From: Enterobacteria phage HK225
Sequence record: NC_019717.1
Strand: one strand, 5' to 3'
Length of the DNA stretch: 45,366 nt
The position numbers were made by a program, and so were the translations under genes. Of this stretch, positions 10,318-20,116 are shown one piece after another. Below the pieces are notes generated by a model. The model was not told where the DNA came from. It did not search any database and saw only the letters and a program-made list of their open reading frames with translations. Numbering within the stretch: the first letter of the stretch is position 1; each line of letters begins with the position of its first letter.

Positions 10318-12811
10318 TCTGGTCGTTAACCTTGACGTTAACTCGTCGAAATTCAGCGAGCAGCTTAACTACGTCAAAAAAGAATTAAAACAGACCGGCA
10401 ATGCGGCAAACGACGAAGCGTTACGTATCCAGCAGTCCTTCAGCCGACAGGAGAACGCCGCGCGTAAGGCCGGTATTTCAGTGGGTCAGTATAACGCCGC
10501 AATGCGTATGCTCCCGGCGCAGTTTACCGATGTGGCCACGCAGCTGGCAGGTGGGCAGAACCCCTGGCTGATTCTGCTTCAGCAGGGTGGTCAGGTTAAG
10601 GACTCCTTTGGCGGGATCATCCCGACATTCCGGGCGCTGATTGGGACGGTTTCCCCGTTGATGGTCGGCATTGGTGCATTGTCCGTTGCAACGGGCGCGT
10701 TGTTCTATGCCTGGTACCAGGGCTCTTCCACCCTGTCTGATTTCAACAAAACGCTGGTACTGTCGGGGAACACAGCCGGACTGACCGCTGACCGCATGCT
10801 GGCACTGGCGCGTAACGGACAGACAGCGGGGCTGACCTTCAACCAGACCAGTGAAGCGCTGACCGAACTTATCAACGCGGGTGTGCGTGCTGGCTCGCGC
10901 TTTGATGACATGAGCCAGGCGGTGGCGCGGTTTACCGATGCCTCCGGCGTGCCGGTGGAAAAGGTCGCAGCAGCCTATGGCAAGCTCGCAACTGACCCGA
11001 CATCGGGCCTGATCGCGATGGCCCAGCAGTTCCATAACGTTACTGCTGAACAGATTGCCCATGTGGCGCAGCTGCAGCGTGCCGGTGATGAGGTTGGCGC
11101 ACTGCAGGCGGCTAACGAGGCTGCTACAGCCGGATTCAACGATCAGACCAAAGCCATCCGCGACAATATGGGGACGATTGAATCTTCAGCGGACTCCCTG
11201 AGGCGCGCCTTCAAGTCGATGTGGGATGCAGCCCTCGATATTGGCCGACCTGACACCGCGCAGGAGATGGTGGCAAAAGCCGAAGCCGCGTTCAAAAAAG
11301 CCGATGAAATCTGGAACCTGCGTAAAGGTGACCGATATGTCAATGATGAGGCCCGCGCCCGATTCTGGAATGATCGCGAAACGGCCAGGCTGGCGCTGGA
11401 CATGGCTCAGCAGCAGGCGGGAATTGCCAGGGCGAATGAAGAGAATGCTTCGCGCGAAGCGGCTGCGGAATCGGATCGCCAGAAGTATGCTGCGCAGGCT
11501 CAGGCAAACTATGCCAAAACGCAGACGGCACTGGAGAAATACACGGCCAGGCAGAGCGAGCTCAACAAGGCGCTGAAAGAGGGGCGAATCCTCCAGGCTG
11601 ACTACAACATCAACCTGGCTGCCGCGAAAAAAGAGTACGAAGACACCCTTAAAAAGCCGAAGAAGACCCCGGCAATCAGAACCCCCGCAGGTGCCCGTGC
11701 AACCGATACGGCCAGCGCCCAGACGCTGGAGCTGCAGGCACAGTTGCGCACCCTGCAGGAGCATAAGGGGATAAATGACACCATCAGTCAGCAGCGTCAG
11801 GAGCTGTGGCGTCAACAGTCCCGGTTTACAGTTCTGGAAGAGGCCGCGAAGACCCGGACGCTTTCTGCTGAGGAAAAATCCCTGCTGGCCAGTAAAAGCG
11901 AGGTGCTTTCCCGTGCAGAGCTGAACGCGAAGCTTGGCGATCAGATAGTGGCGCAGGAGCGGCTTAACCGCCTGCAGGATACGTCCCAAAAATACGTCAC
12001 GCAGATCGGCGAGAAAACCAGGGCCCTGGCGGAAAGTGCTGGTATGAGCAGTCGTGCAGCACAACGCCGCAACGAGGAGGCCCAGCTTCTTCAGGGGTGG
12101 AAAAATGGTGGCGGTTCGGAGAACGACGCTGGTTATCAGAATGAGTTGCAGGCGCTGCAGGCGTATTACGCCGAGCAGGATAAGCTGCGGGACGACTGGC
12201 AATCCGGGGCCAAATCCGCATGGGCAGATTATGTTGATTCTGCTTCAGATGCTTATGGCCAGATGAAGTCGGCTGCTACCAGTACGTTTGATGGAATCGG
12301 GCAAAATATGGCTGACATGCTGACGCGCGGTAAGGCTGACTGGGCTGACTTCACCCGCTCCACGCTCTCCATGCTGACACAGATCCTGCTGAAACAGGCG
12401 ATGGTAGGCTTAGTGGATTCAGCATCAACCGCGCTGGGATTTGCAGGTGGCGGTTATACCGGTTCAGGCGGGAAATATGAGCCAGCAGGTGTCGTTCACC
12501 GTGGTGAGTTTGTTTTCACCAAAGAGGCTACCAGCCGGATCGGCGTCGGCAATCTTTACCGGATGATGAAAGGCTATGCAACGGGAGGGTATGTCGGGGG
12601 CGGTGGTACAGGCCCGGCTGCAGCACCTTTCGGTGTCAGTGTATATGCCCCGGTGACGGTCGAGAATGCTTCCGGTAACGCACAGCAGCAAAACGACGGA
12701 GACAGGCTGGGTAAGGCGTATCAGCAGGTGATTAACAAATCTGTCAACGAGGGTATCGCCAGGGCAATCCAGCCCGGTGGGCTTATCTGGAATGCGACCA
12801 ATCGCAGGTAA
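10295..12811 (+). CDS. H: tail tape measure protein (lambda gpH-like)
   Basis: 838-aa ORF after G/T; coiled-coil-rich with Gly-rich C-terminus (lambda H is 853 aa). Confidence 0.9.
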   Translation: MAQTAVGDLVVNLDVNSSKFSEQLNYVKKELKQTGNAANDEALRIQQSFSRQENAARKAGISVGQYNAAMRMLPAQFTDVATQLAGGQNPWLILLQQGGQVKDSFGGIIPTFRALIGTVSPLMVGIGALSVATGALFYAWYQGSSTLSDFNKTLVLSGNTAGLTADRMLALARNGQTAGLTFNQTSEALTELINAGVRAGSRFDDMSQAVARFTDASGVPVEKVAAAYGKLATDPTSGLIAMAQQFHNVTAEQIAHVAQLQRAGDEVGALQAANEAATAGFNDQTKAIRDNMGTIESSADSLRRAFKSMWDAALDIGRPDTAQEMVAKAEAAFKKADEIWNLRKGDRYVNDEARARFWNDRETARLALDMAQQQAGIARANEENASREAAAESDRQKYAAQAQANYAKTQTALEKYTARQSELNKALKEGRILQADYNINLAAAKKEYEDTLKKPKKTPAIRTPAGARATDTASAQTLELQAQLRTLQEHKGINDTISQQRQELWRQQSRFTVLEEAAKTRTLSAEEKSLLASKSEVLSRAELNAKLGDQIVAQERLNRLQDTSQKYVTQIGEKTRALAESAGMSSRAAQRRNEEAQLLQGWKNGGGSENDAGYQNELQALQAYYAEQDKLRDDWQSGAKSAWADYVDSASDAYGQMKSAATSTFDGIGQNMADMLTRGKADWADFTRSTLSMLTQILLKQAMVGLVDSASTALGFAGGGYTGSGGKYEPAGVVHRGEFVFTKEATSRIGVGNLYRMMKGYATGGYVGGGGTGPAAAPFGVSVYAPVTVENASGNAQQQNDGDRLGKAYQQVINKSVNEGIARAIQPGGLIWNATNRR

Positions 12812-12816
12812 CAGTT

Positions 12817-13164
12817 ATGACGATAGAAACATTCCCCTGGGGCATTAAGGTTTCCAGCCAGCCCACCGAGGGAAGCAAAGACACAGTCAGGAAGGTCCAG
12901 TTCGGCGACGGGTACGCACAGGTGAGCGGCTCCGGCCTGAATGATGAGATTCGCACCTATGAATATTCTTTTTCAGGGGATCCAACTACAGCGAATGAAA
13001 TTCACGCTTTCCTTCGGCGGCATAAAGTGAAGTCGTTTATTTTCACTCCGCCTTTCGGCGATACCGCGCTGTGGCGTGTCGAGGCTGACACGCTCAAAAA
13101 GGTGGTTAAAAACGTAAAAGTGATAACCGTAACCGCAACGTTTGAACAGGCATTTGCACCATGA
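12817..13164 (+). CDS. M: minor tail protein M
   Basis: 115-aa ORF directly after the tape measure; lambda gpM-like. Confidence 0.85.
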   Translation: MTIETFPWGIKVSSQPTEGSKDTVRKVQFGDGYAQVSGSGLNDEIRTYEYSFSGDPTTANEIHAFLRRHKVKSFIFTPPFGDTALWRVEADTLKKVVKNVKVITVTATFEQAFAP

Positions 13165-13916
13165 GTCTTAATGCTGATTATCAAGAACTCGAGCCGGGCA
13201 ATGAAGTCCGGCTTTTTTCTGTCGATGGCACAGCGTTCGGTATGTCAGATGTACTCCGCTTCCACGCACACAATATCGCACACACCCCGGAAGAGATTGA
13301 GGCTGCAGGTGGGGATGAGAATAAACTTCCGGCGAAGTCCATCTGGTGGCAGGGGGAGGAGTATAAAGCTTGGCCGTGTCAGGTTGAGGGTATTGAAGCG
13401 ACCACGGACGGTACCAGCCCACAGCCAAAACTGAGAGTGGCGAACCTGGACAGTTCGATCTCAGCGCTCTGTCTGGCGTATGACGATCTGCTGCAGGCGA
13501 AAGTGAGTATCCACGACACGCTGGCACAGTATCTGGACGCCAGAAATTTTCCGCAGGGCAATCCCACTGCAGACCCGTCACAGGAAAAGCTGAAGGTCTT
13601 TTATATCGATGCCAGAAGCACCGAGACGGATGAAGTTGTCGAATTTACGCTTTCCAGTCCGATGGATTTACAGGGCCAGATGATACCCACGCGGCAGCTG
13701 CATTCGTTATGCAGCTGGTGCATCCGGAACAAGTACCGGACCGGCGACGGCTGCGACTATGCCGGAACGCGCTATTTCGACAAAAACAATAATCCGGTTG
13801 ACGATCCCTCGCTGGATGTCTGCAACGGCACGCTGACGGCCTGCAAGCTCCGGCACGGAGACAGCAACGAGCTGCCGTTCGGTGGTTTCCCCGGTACATC
13901 TCTTATCAGGAGTTGA
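13161..13916 (+). CDS. L: minor tail protein L (C-terminal Cys cluster)
   Basis: 251-aa ORF; C-terminal cysteines (CSWC, GCDYAG, CNGTLTAC) as in the lambda gpL Fe-S domain. Confidence 0.85.
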   Translation: MSLNADYQELEPGNEVRLFSVDGTAFGMSDVLRFHAHNIAHTPEEIEAAGGDENKLPAKSIWWQGEEYKAWPCQVEGIEATTDGTSPQPKLRVANLDSSISALCLAYDDLLQAKVSIHDTLAQYLDARNFPQGNPTADPSQEKLKVFYIDARSTETDEVVEFTLSSPMDLQGQMIPTRQLHSLCSWCIRNKYRTGDGCDYAGTRYFDKNNNPVDDPSLDVCNGTLTACKLRHGDSNELPFGGFPGTSLIRS

Positions 13917-13917
13917 T

Positions 13918-14649
13918 ATGCGCCAGAAAACCATTGATGCCATCATGGCACACGCTGCAGCGGAATATCCGCGCGAGTGCTGCGGCGTGGTGGCACAGAA
14001 AAGCCGGGTTGAGCGCTATTTTCCCTGTCGTAATCTCGCAGCAGAGCCGACTGAACATTTTCACCTGTCCCCCGAAGATTACGCAGCGGCAGAAGACTGG
14101 GGGACCGTGGTGGCCATTGTTCACAGCCATCCTGATGCGACGACGCAGGCCAGCGAGCTGGATAAGGCACAGTGTGATGCAACGCTGCTGCCCTGGCATA
14201 TTGTGAGCTGGCCAGAGGGGGATTTACGTACCATTCAGCCACGCGGGGAGCTGCCATTGCTGGAGCGTCCGTTCGTGCTTGGCCACTTCGATTGCTGGGG
14301 TCTGGTAATGAGCTATTTCCGGCAGACCCACGGTATCGAGCTCCACGATTACCGGGTGGATTATCCCTGGTGGGAAAACGACTACCCGGACAATTTCTAT
14401 CAGGAGTGCTGGTACGAGTGCGGATTCAGGGAGTTTGATGGCCCGCCTCAGGAAGGGGACCTCGTCATCATGCAGGTGCAGGCCGATAAGTGGAATCATG
14501 CCGGGATTTTACTGGAGGGTAACATGCTGCTGCACCATCTTTACGGGCATCTGAGTCAGCGTGTTCCTTATGGAGGATACTGGCAGGAGCGCACGATGAA
14601 AATCGTTCGTTATAAAGATGTAATGGCAGGTGAAACATGCAGGAAGTAA
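13918..14649 (+). CDS. K: tail assembly protein K (JAMM/MPN plus NlpC/P60-like)
   Basis: ORF track gives a GTG at 13882; ATG at 13918 follows AGGAG and the L stop; MRQKTIDAIMAHAAAEYPRECCGVVA matches lambda K; HSHP JAMM motif. Confidence 0.85.
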   Translation: MRQKTIDAIMAHAAAEYPRECCGVVAQKSRVERYFPCRNLAAEPTEHFHLSPEDYAAAEDWGTVVAIVHSHPDATTQASELDKAQCDATLLPWHIVSWPEGDLRTIQPRGELPLLERPFVLGHFDCWGLVMSYFRQTHGIELHDYRVDYPWWENDYPDNFYQECWYECGFREFDGPPQEGDLVIMQVQADKWNHAGILLEGNMLLHHLYGHLSQRVPYGGYWQERTMKIVRYKDVMAGETCRK

Positions 14650-15224
14650 TGACCCGGATTGAGCTTGGCGGCGTGCTCGGGAAAACATTCGGTAAAATTC
14701 ACCACCGCCTGATTTCCCGTGTAAGCGAGGCGGGAGTGGCGCTCGCAAAGACTATTCCGGGCTTTGAGCAGTTTATGATTTCCAGCCAGCGCCGTGGGCT
14801 CACATACTCCGTATTTAAGGGTAAAAAAAACATCGGTGTGGATGACCTCGGTTTCCCGGTTACCGGCGATGTTATCCGCATTGTCCCGGTAATCATCGGG
14901 AGTAAAAAAGCCGGTTTGATTCAAACTATCCTGGGCGCAGTATTAGTGATTGCATCGATCTGGATGCCAGGTCTGAGTATAGCTGCCAGCAATATGATGT
15001 TTGCTGCTGGTGCGTCCATAACGCTGGGGGGGGTAGTTCAGATGATATCCCCTCAGGCTACAGGGCTGGCCAGCAAACAGAGCTCAGATAACCGCGCCTC
15101 ATACGCGTTCGGCGGAGTCACAAACACCGCAGCGCAGGGCTATCCGGTACCGCTTCTTTATGGTCGCCGACGCATAGGCGGCGCAATTATTTCAGCCGGG
15201 ATTTACGTTGGGGATCAACAATGA
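14637..15224 (+). CDS. I: tail assembly protein I
   Basis: 195-aa ORF overlapping the K end; hydrophobic central segment and GYPVPLLYGRRRIGG motif as in lambda gpI. Confidence 0.8.
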   Translation: MQEVMTRIELGGVLGKTFGKIHHRLISRVSEAGVALAKTIPGFEQFMISSQRRGLTYSVFKGKKNIGVDDLGFPVTGDVIRIVPVIIGSKKAGLIQTILGAVLVIASIWMPGLSIAASNMMFAAGASITLGGVVQMISPQATGLASKQSSDNRASYAFGGVTNTAAQGYPVPLLYGRRRIGGAIISAGIYVGDQQ

Positions 15225-15487
15225 AGAAATACTTAAGATTGACCATTTCAGGCCTGCATCGCGTTGATGACGGAATCCTGATCGGCGGAAATGCGACAGT
15301 AATAGTAAACCGTGGCGGAGAGGTTATTTGTCGCGAGAAGTTTTCTGGCAAAGTTTCTGATAAATATTCAAAGCTATATGAAGTTGAAGACACCGGTATT
15401 CCAGTATCAGTAACGTCTTCCAGTGATTGTCAGTTTTTCAAGGCAGAAGCTGATTTTGTAAACCCATTTAGCGAAACAAATATCTGA
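15221..15487 (+). CDS. hypothetical protein (moron between I and J)
   Basis: 88-aa ORF, ATG overlaps the I stop (ATGA); visibly AT-richer than neighbours; followed by a strong terminator; no lambda counterpart. Confidence 0.5.
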   Translation: MKKYLRLTISGLHRVDDGILIGGNATVIVNRGGEVICREKFSGKVSDKYSKLYEVEDTGIPVSVTSSSDCQFFKAEADFVNPFSETNI

Positions 15488-15506
15488 TTAATTTTCTCTT
15501 GCAATA

Positions 15507-15530
15507 AGCCACCTCAGGGTGGCTTTTTTT
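15507..15530 (+). terminator. intrinsic terminator after the I-J moron
   Basis: GCCACC-tcag-GGTGGC stem followed by TTTTTTT, preceded by AATAA. Confidence 0.7.
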
Positions 15531-15541
15531 ATGGGCGCAAT

Positions 15542-18500
15542 ATGGCTATATCTACTCCGATTAGAGGCCGCAAGGGCGGCAGCTCAAGTTCCCGCACCCC
15601 GACTGAACAACCAGACGATCTCCAGTCCGTAGCGAAGGCCAAAATTCTTGTTGCGCTGGGAGAGGGGGAATTTGCAGGACAGTTGACGGCGAAGGATATC
15701 TATCTCGATGGAACTCCACTGGAGAATGCGGACGGATCGCAAAACTTCAGCGGCGTGGCGTGGGAATTTCGCCCAGGGACTCAGGCACAAAAATACATTC
15801 AGGGTATCCCCGGTACCGAAAATGAAATCAGCGTGGGCACCGAAGTGTCAAGCACCACCGGCTGGACACATACCTTTACCAACACGCAACTGTCAGCCGT
15901 TCGCCTGCGCCTCAAGTGGCCATCGCTTTTTAAACAGGAGGATGATGGCGATCTGGTTGGCTATTCAATTAACTACGCTATTGATCTGCAGACCGATGGC
16001 GGCACCTGGCAGACGGTACTTAATACCAGCGTAACCGGCAAGACAACTTCCGGCTACGAACGCAGCCATCGTATCGATTTACCACAGGCAGGCAGTACAT
16101 GGACGGTGCGCCTGCGTAAGCTCACGGCGGATGCCAACAGCGCGAAAATTGGCGACACGATGACGCTGCAGAGCTACACAGAGGTCATTGACGCCAAACT
16201 GCGTTATCCAAACACCGCGCTGTTGTACATCGAATTCGACTCAAGCCAGTTTAACGGCTCTATCCCGCAAATATCCTGCGAACCGCGAGGGCGTGTAATC
16301 CGCGTTCCGGATACGTATGACCCGGAGACCCGCACCTATAGCGGCACATGGACGGGGGCGTTTAAGTGGGCGTGGACGGATAATCCAGCCTGGATTTTTT
16401 ACGATCTGGTGGTGAGCGACCGCTTTGGGCTGGGCAATCGCCTGACGGCGGCCAATATTGATAAATGGACGCTTTACCAGGTCGCGCAATATTGCGATCA
16501 GCCGGTTCCTGATGGTAAAGGCGGTAGCGGCACTGAGCCTCGCTATACCTGCAACGTGTATGTGCAGGAGAGGAATGACGCCTATACCGTGTTACGAGAT
16601 TTTGCGGCGATATTCCGGGGCATGACTTACTGGGGTGGCGATCAAATCGTTGCGCTGGCGGATATGCCCCGCGATGTGGATTACAGCTACACGCGTGCAA
16701 ACGTGGTTAATGGGCGCTTTACCTATTCGGGCAGCACCACGAAAACCCGCTATACCACAGCACTGGTTTCCTGGTCCGATCCGGGTAATGCCTACGCGGA
16801 TGCGATGGAGCCTGTATTTGAGCAGGATCTCGTTGCTCGCTTTGGCACAAATCAGCTCGAAATGACAGCCATTGGTTGTACCAGACAGTCAGAAGCGAAC
16901 CGAAAGGGGCGCTGGGGTATTCTCACCAACAACAAGGATCGCGTTGTTTCGTTCGATGTCGGGCTGGACGGAAACATACCGCAGCCTGGCTATATCATCG
17001 CTGTGGCAGACGAGCTGCTTTCCGGAAAGGTGATGGGAGGGCGTATCAGCGCGGTTAATGGTCGCGTTATCACGCTTGATCGTGATTCCGCAGCCGTTGC
17101 CGGAAGCCGTCTTATGGTTAACCTGCCGTCTGGCGCATCGCAGAGCAGGACGATACAGAGCGTAAACGGTCGGGCTGTCACCGTGACCACGGCATACAGC
17201 GAAACACCGGCAGTCGAATCGGTATGGATTGTCGAATCCGACGAGCTTTATGCACAGCAATATCGTGTTATCAGCGTCGCTGATAATAACGACGGCACGT
17301 TTTCGATTACTGGTGCTTTTCACGATCCGGATAAGTATGCCCGTATCGATACCGGCGCCATCATCGACCAGCGGCCAATAAGTGTAATTCCGCCCGGTAA
17401 TCAGTCCCCGCCAGCCAACATCACGATCAGTTCGTTTTCGGTTGTTCAGCAGAATATCAGCGTCGAAACGATGCGCGTGAGCTGGGACCAGGCGCAGAAC
17501 GCTATCGCCTATGAGGGGCAGTGGCGCCGCAACGACGGAAACTGGGTGAACATGCCTCGCAGCTCCACCACGTCATTTGACGTCCCGGGGATTTATGCCG
17601 GGCGCTACCTGGTGCGCGTGCGCGCAATTAATGCCGCTGAAATTTCCTCAGGATGGGGATATTCAGAAGAGAAGACACTGACCGGCAAAGTAGGTAATCC
17701 GCCTAAGCCAGTAGGATTCACAGCCACGGGCATTAACTGGGGGATTCGTCTTAACTGGGGTTTCCCGGCAAACACCGGCGATACGCTAAAAACGGAAATT
17801 CAGTACACTGCCAACAGTGACTTTTCAGATCCACTCTTGCTCTCAGACGTGCCTTATCCATCTGCGGAATACACCCAGCTCGGCCTTAAAGCAGGGCAGG
17901 AATTCTGGTACCGCGCGCAGCTGGTCGACAGAACGGGTAACGAGTCCGGGTATACCGACTGGATCAGGGGGATGTCTAACGATAACGCCGATGATTATTT
18001 GGGCGATATCGCAGATGATTTCCTAACCTCTGCAGACGGAGAACGCCTGACTGGTGACATCGATACCAACATTGAGGGAATACTGCAGAACGCCCTGGCG
18101 AACCATGGAACTGTTGAGCACCAGTGGGCACAATACGGAGAAGTGCGTGCCGATATTCTGGTGGTTAAAACGACGATTGCTGAAGTTGATAATGCAATGG
18201 CCGAACTTTCGACGCAGGTGCAGGCGCAGATTGAGGATGTTACCGCTTCCCTGGAAGACAAGCTTACAGCTGTCGTAGATGCCTCCGGTGCTTCGGCAAT
18301 CCACACCCTCAAAACGGGCGTGAGAATAAACGGGGTGATTTATAACGCCGGGATGTCTATTGCAGTGCTTGCAGAGGCAGGGAAGCCGGTAGTCACGCGG
18401 GTTGGTTTCAACGCTAACCAGTTCGTGCTGATGAGCGGCAGTGGTGATACCCAGTATTCGCCGTTCGCGGTGGTAAACGGTCAGGTGTTTATCAGCTCAG

Positions 18501-18730
18501 CGTTTATTCAGGATGGCACGATCACCAATACCAAAATCGGTAACTTTATCCAGTCGAACAATTATGTTGCCGGCTCTGTTGGCTGGAAACTGGATAAGTC
18601 CGGGACGTTTGAGAACTACGGTTCGACAGCTGGGGAGGGAGCCATGAAGCAGACCAACCAGACAATCAGCGTCAAGGATGGCAACAACGTTCTGAGAGTG
18701 CAGGTTGGCCGATTAACGGGGGTGTTCTGA
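15542..18730 (+). CDS. J: central tail fibre / host specificity protein J
   Basis: 1062-aa ORF after I; lambda gpJ-like size (1132 aa) and position. Confidence 0.9.
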   Translation: MAISTPIRGRKGGSSSSRTPTEQPDDLQSVAKAKILVALGEGEFAGQLTAKDIYLDGTPLENADGSQNFSGVAWEFRPGTQAQKYIQGIPGTENEISVGTEVSSTTGWTHTFTNTQLSAVRLRLKWPSLFKQEDDGDLVGYSINYAIDLQTDGGTWQTVLNTSVTGKTTSGYERSHRIDLPQAGSTWTVRLRKLTADANSAKIGDTMTLQSYTEVIDAKLRYPNTALLYIEFDSSQFNGSIPQISCEPRGRVIRVPDTYDPETRTYSGTWTGAFKWAWTDNPAWIFYDLVVSDRFGLGNRLTAANIDKWTLYQVAQYCDQPVPDGKGGSGTEPRYTCNVYVQERNDAYTVLRDFAAIFRGMTYWGGDQIVALADMPRDVDYSYTRANVVNGRFTYSGSTTKTRYTTALVSWSDPGNAYADAMEPVFEQDLVARFGTNQLEMTAIGCTRQSEANRKGRWGILTNNKDRVVSFDVGLDGNIPQPGYIIAVADELLSGKVMGGRISAVNGRVITLDRDSAAVAGSRLMVNLPSGASQSRTIQSVNGRAVTVTTAYSETPAVESVWIVESDELYAQQYRVISVADNNDGTFSITGAFHDPDKYARIDTGAIIDQRPISVIPPGNQSPPANITISSFSVVQQNISVETMRVSWDQAQNAIAYEGQWRRNDGNWVNMPRSSTTSFDVPGIYAGRYLVRVRAINAAEISSGWGYSEEKTLTGKVGNPPKPVGFTATGINWGIRLNWGFPANTGDTLKTEIQYTANSDFSDPLLLSDVPYPSAEYTQLGLKAGQEFWYRAQLVDRTGNESGYTDWIRGMSNDNADDYLGDIADDFLTSADGERLTGDIDTNIEGILQNALANHGTVEHQWAQYGEVRADILVVKTTIAEVDNAMAELSTQVQAQIEDVTASLEDKLTAVVDASGASAIHTLKTGVRINGVIYNAGMSIAVLAEAGKPVVTRVGFNANQFVLMSGSGDTQYSPFAVVNGQVFISSAFIQDGTITNTKIGNFIQSNNYVAGSVGWKLDKSGTFENYGSTAGEGAMKQTNQTISVKDGNNVLRVQVGRLTGVF

Positions 18731-18731
18731 T

Positions 18732-19034
18732 ATGGCTTATGGAATACAGACCTGGGATGCTTCGGGAAACCCCAACAACTACGGAATCAAGCCCGTTTCC
18801 GTTGTTGGACGTATACAACTTGCCGCCGGACAAAACTCCGGCAGCTGGTCTTTCACTGTACCCTCAGGAATGAAGGTCGGTTTTGCGCTCTCACTTGATG
18901 AAGGAGGTAACAGCGTAGGGAGGAGCATTGTCGCGTCAGGGAACACAATAACCGTAACCGCAGCCTCTTCTGTGGGCCTGGGTAATTACCCGGCCTCTAA
19001 ATGTGAGGTGGTCGTTTTCATGGAGAAAGCATAA
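18732..19034 (+). CDS. hypothetical protein (tail-tip associated, coupled to J)
   Basis: 100-aa ORF starting 2 nt after the J stop; shares WDASG and SGSW motifs with the next ORF. Confidence 0.5.
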   Translation: MAYGIQTWDASGNPNNYGIKPVSVVGRIQLAAGQNSGSWSFTVPSGMKVGFALSLDEGGNSVGRSIVASGNTITVTAASSVGLGNYPASKCEVVVFMEKA

Positions 19035-19708
19035 TGGCCGAATTTGGCGCGATGATATTAATGGATAACGGGAATCCCTTTGTAACGCCACAATCAACGC
19101 CTTTCTGTCTTTACGGGAAGTATACCTTCAATTCATCCGCGAATGGCAGTTCTCAGCAGGTTGCTCAAAATATCGCTTTAAACGCTGATTACCCAGTGAT
19201 GGTTTTTATCAAAACCACCAATACAGCACAGCCCACTCCGGTTATGTCTTACAGGAACGGCGGTAATGTGTATGTTGTTGGTGTTAATCCCTACAACCAA
19301 AGTTTCACTTTAACGGCGTACGTTTTTGCCATATTCCCGCAGATATTACCGAAATGGGGTTTGGCAATATGGGATGCGAGCGGAAAGCTTGTGTTAACTA
19401 ATGAGTCCCGTGTGCTATCAGACCTGCAGACGGTTGGCACGCCTGGTGCAAACGGCGGGATAAATATTGACCAGACGCTGAGCGGGTCATGGGCCGTTGC
19501 ACCTGCTCAGTTGGGTCAGACCATCATTGTGAATAATTCAACCCAGCCTCCGACTATCTACACGATAAATGCTTATTCTTCATGCAGGTTTGACGGGGCC
19601 AATACGAGGATAAACGCAGGGGGGACCTCCACTGGGACAGGTTCACCTGTAGGGGGAACGAATACTGGCATTTCATTAACCGCCATAAATACAGCGGCCT
19701 ATGATTGA
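19034..19708 (+). CDS. hypothetical protein with two copies of the WDASG-type module
   Basis: 224-aa ORF, start overlaps the previous stop; Gly/Thr-rich C-terminus. Confidence 0.5.
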   Translation: MAEFGAMILMDNGNPFVTPQSTPFCLYGKYTFNSSANGSSQQVAQNIALNADYPVMVFIKTTNTAQPTPVMSYRNGGNVYVVGVNPYNQSFTLTAYVFAIFPQILPKWGLAIWDASGKLVLTNESRVLSDLQTVGTPGANGGINIDQTLSGSWAVAPAQLGQTIIVNNSTQPPTIYTINAYSSCRFDGANTRINAGGTSTGTGSPVGGTNTGISLTAINTAAYD

Positions 19709-19730
19709 TTGATCGTTTTTAGCGATCAAT
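19708..19730. promoter_or_regulatory. palindrome ATTGATCG-N7-CGATCAAT upstream of the lipoprotein gene
   Basis: perfect 8-bp inverted repeat in an AT-rich intergenic region. Confidence 0.3.
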
Positions 19731-19819
19731 AACATAATATTGATCTATCCAATCAATTATACCCACCAGAATTGTATTGGTATCGTCTAAGATACTGAAT
19801 TCCTCTGGATACTATCAAA

Positions 19820-20053
19820 ATGAGAAAACTGATTATCTGCATGGCAGGCGCTGTCATGCTTACAGGATGCGCTGGCGTAATTGAGAAACAGGAACCAGTT
19901 TGCAGCGGCACTGCAATCGTTGGCGGTCAGGAAACTACGGTTCAGATTTACGGTGTGCGTAAACAAAACAACCAGACGCAGTACCGGGCTGGATATCCTT
20001 TCAGCTGGCGCTGGGTAAGTGCGAATACATTTACCGAAACAACCTGCAAATAA
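19820..20053 (+). CDS. small lipoprotein, candidate Cor-like superinfection exclusion protein
   Basis: 77 aa; signal peptide with lipobox LTGC; own AT-rich upstream region and terminator; sits in the lom/cor slot between J and stf. Confidence 0.5.
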   Translation: MRKLIICMAGAVMLTGCAGVIEKQEPVCSGTAIVGGQETTVQIYGVRKQNNQTQYRAGYPFSWRWVSANTFTETTCK

Positions 20054-20074
20054 CCCACTACGCTTAAACATAAA

Positions 20075-20096
20075 CCTCGCTCCGGCGGGGTTTTTT
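20075..20096 (+). terminator. intrinsic terminator after the lipoprotein gene
   Basis: CCTCGC-tccg-GCGGGG stem followed by TTTTTT. Confidence 0.65.
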
Positions 20097-20116
20097 ATTG
20101 CCCGAAAGGAGCGCAT

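Noticed and set aside
11186-12202. 338-aa minus-strand ORF inside the tape measure gene
   Set aside because: Antisense to a well-supported structural gene; long open frames on the opposite strand are expected in GC-rich coding sequence; no SD or recognisable domain.
19201-19216. GGTTTTTATCAAAACC, superficially like a Hin/Gin crossover half-site pair
   Set aside because: Half-sites are in the wrong relative orientation for a gix/hix site and the sequence lies inside a coding ORF; no partner site found.
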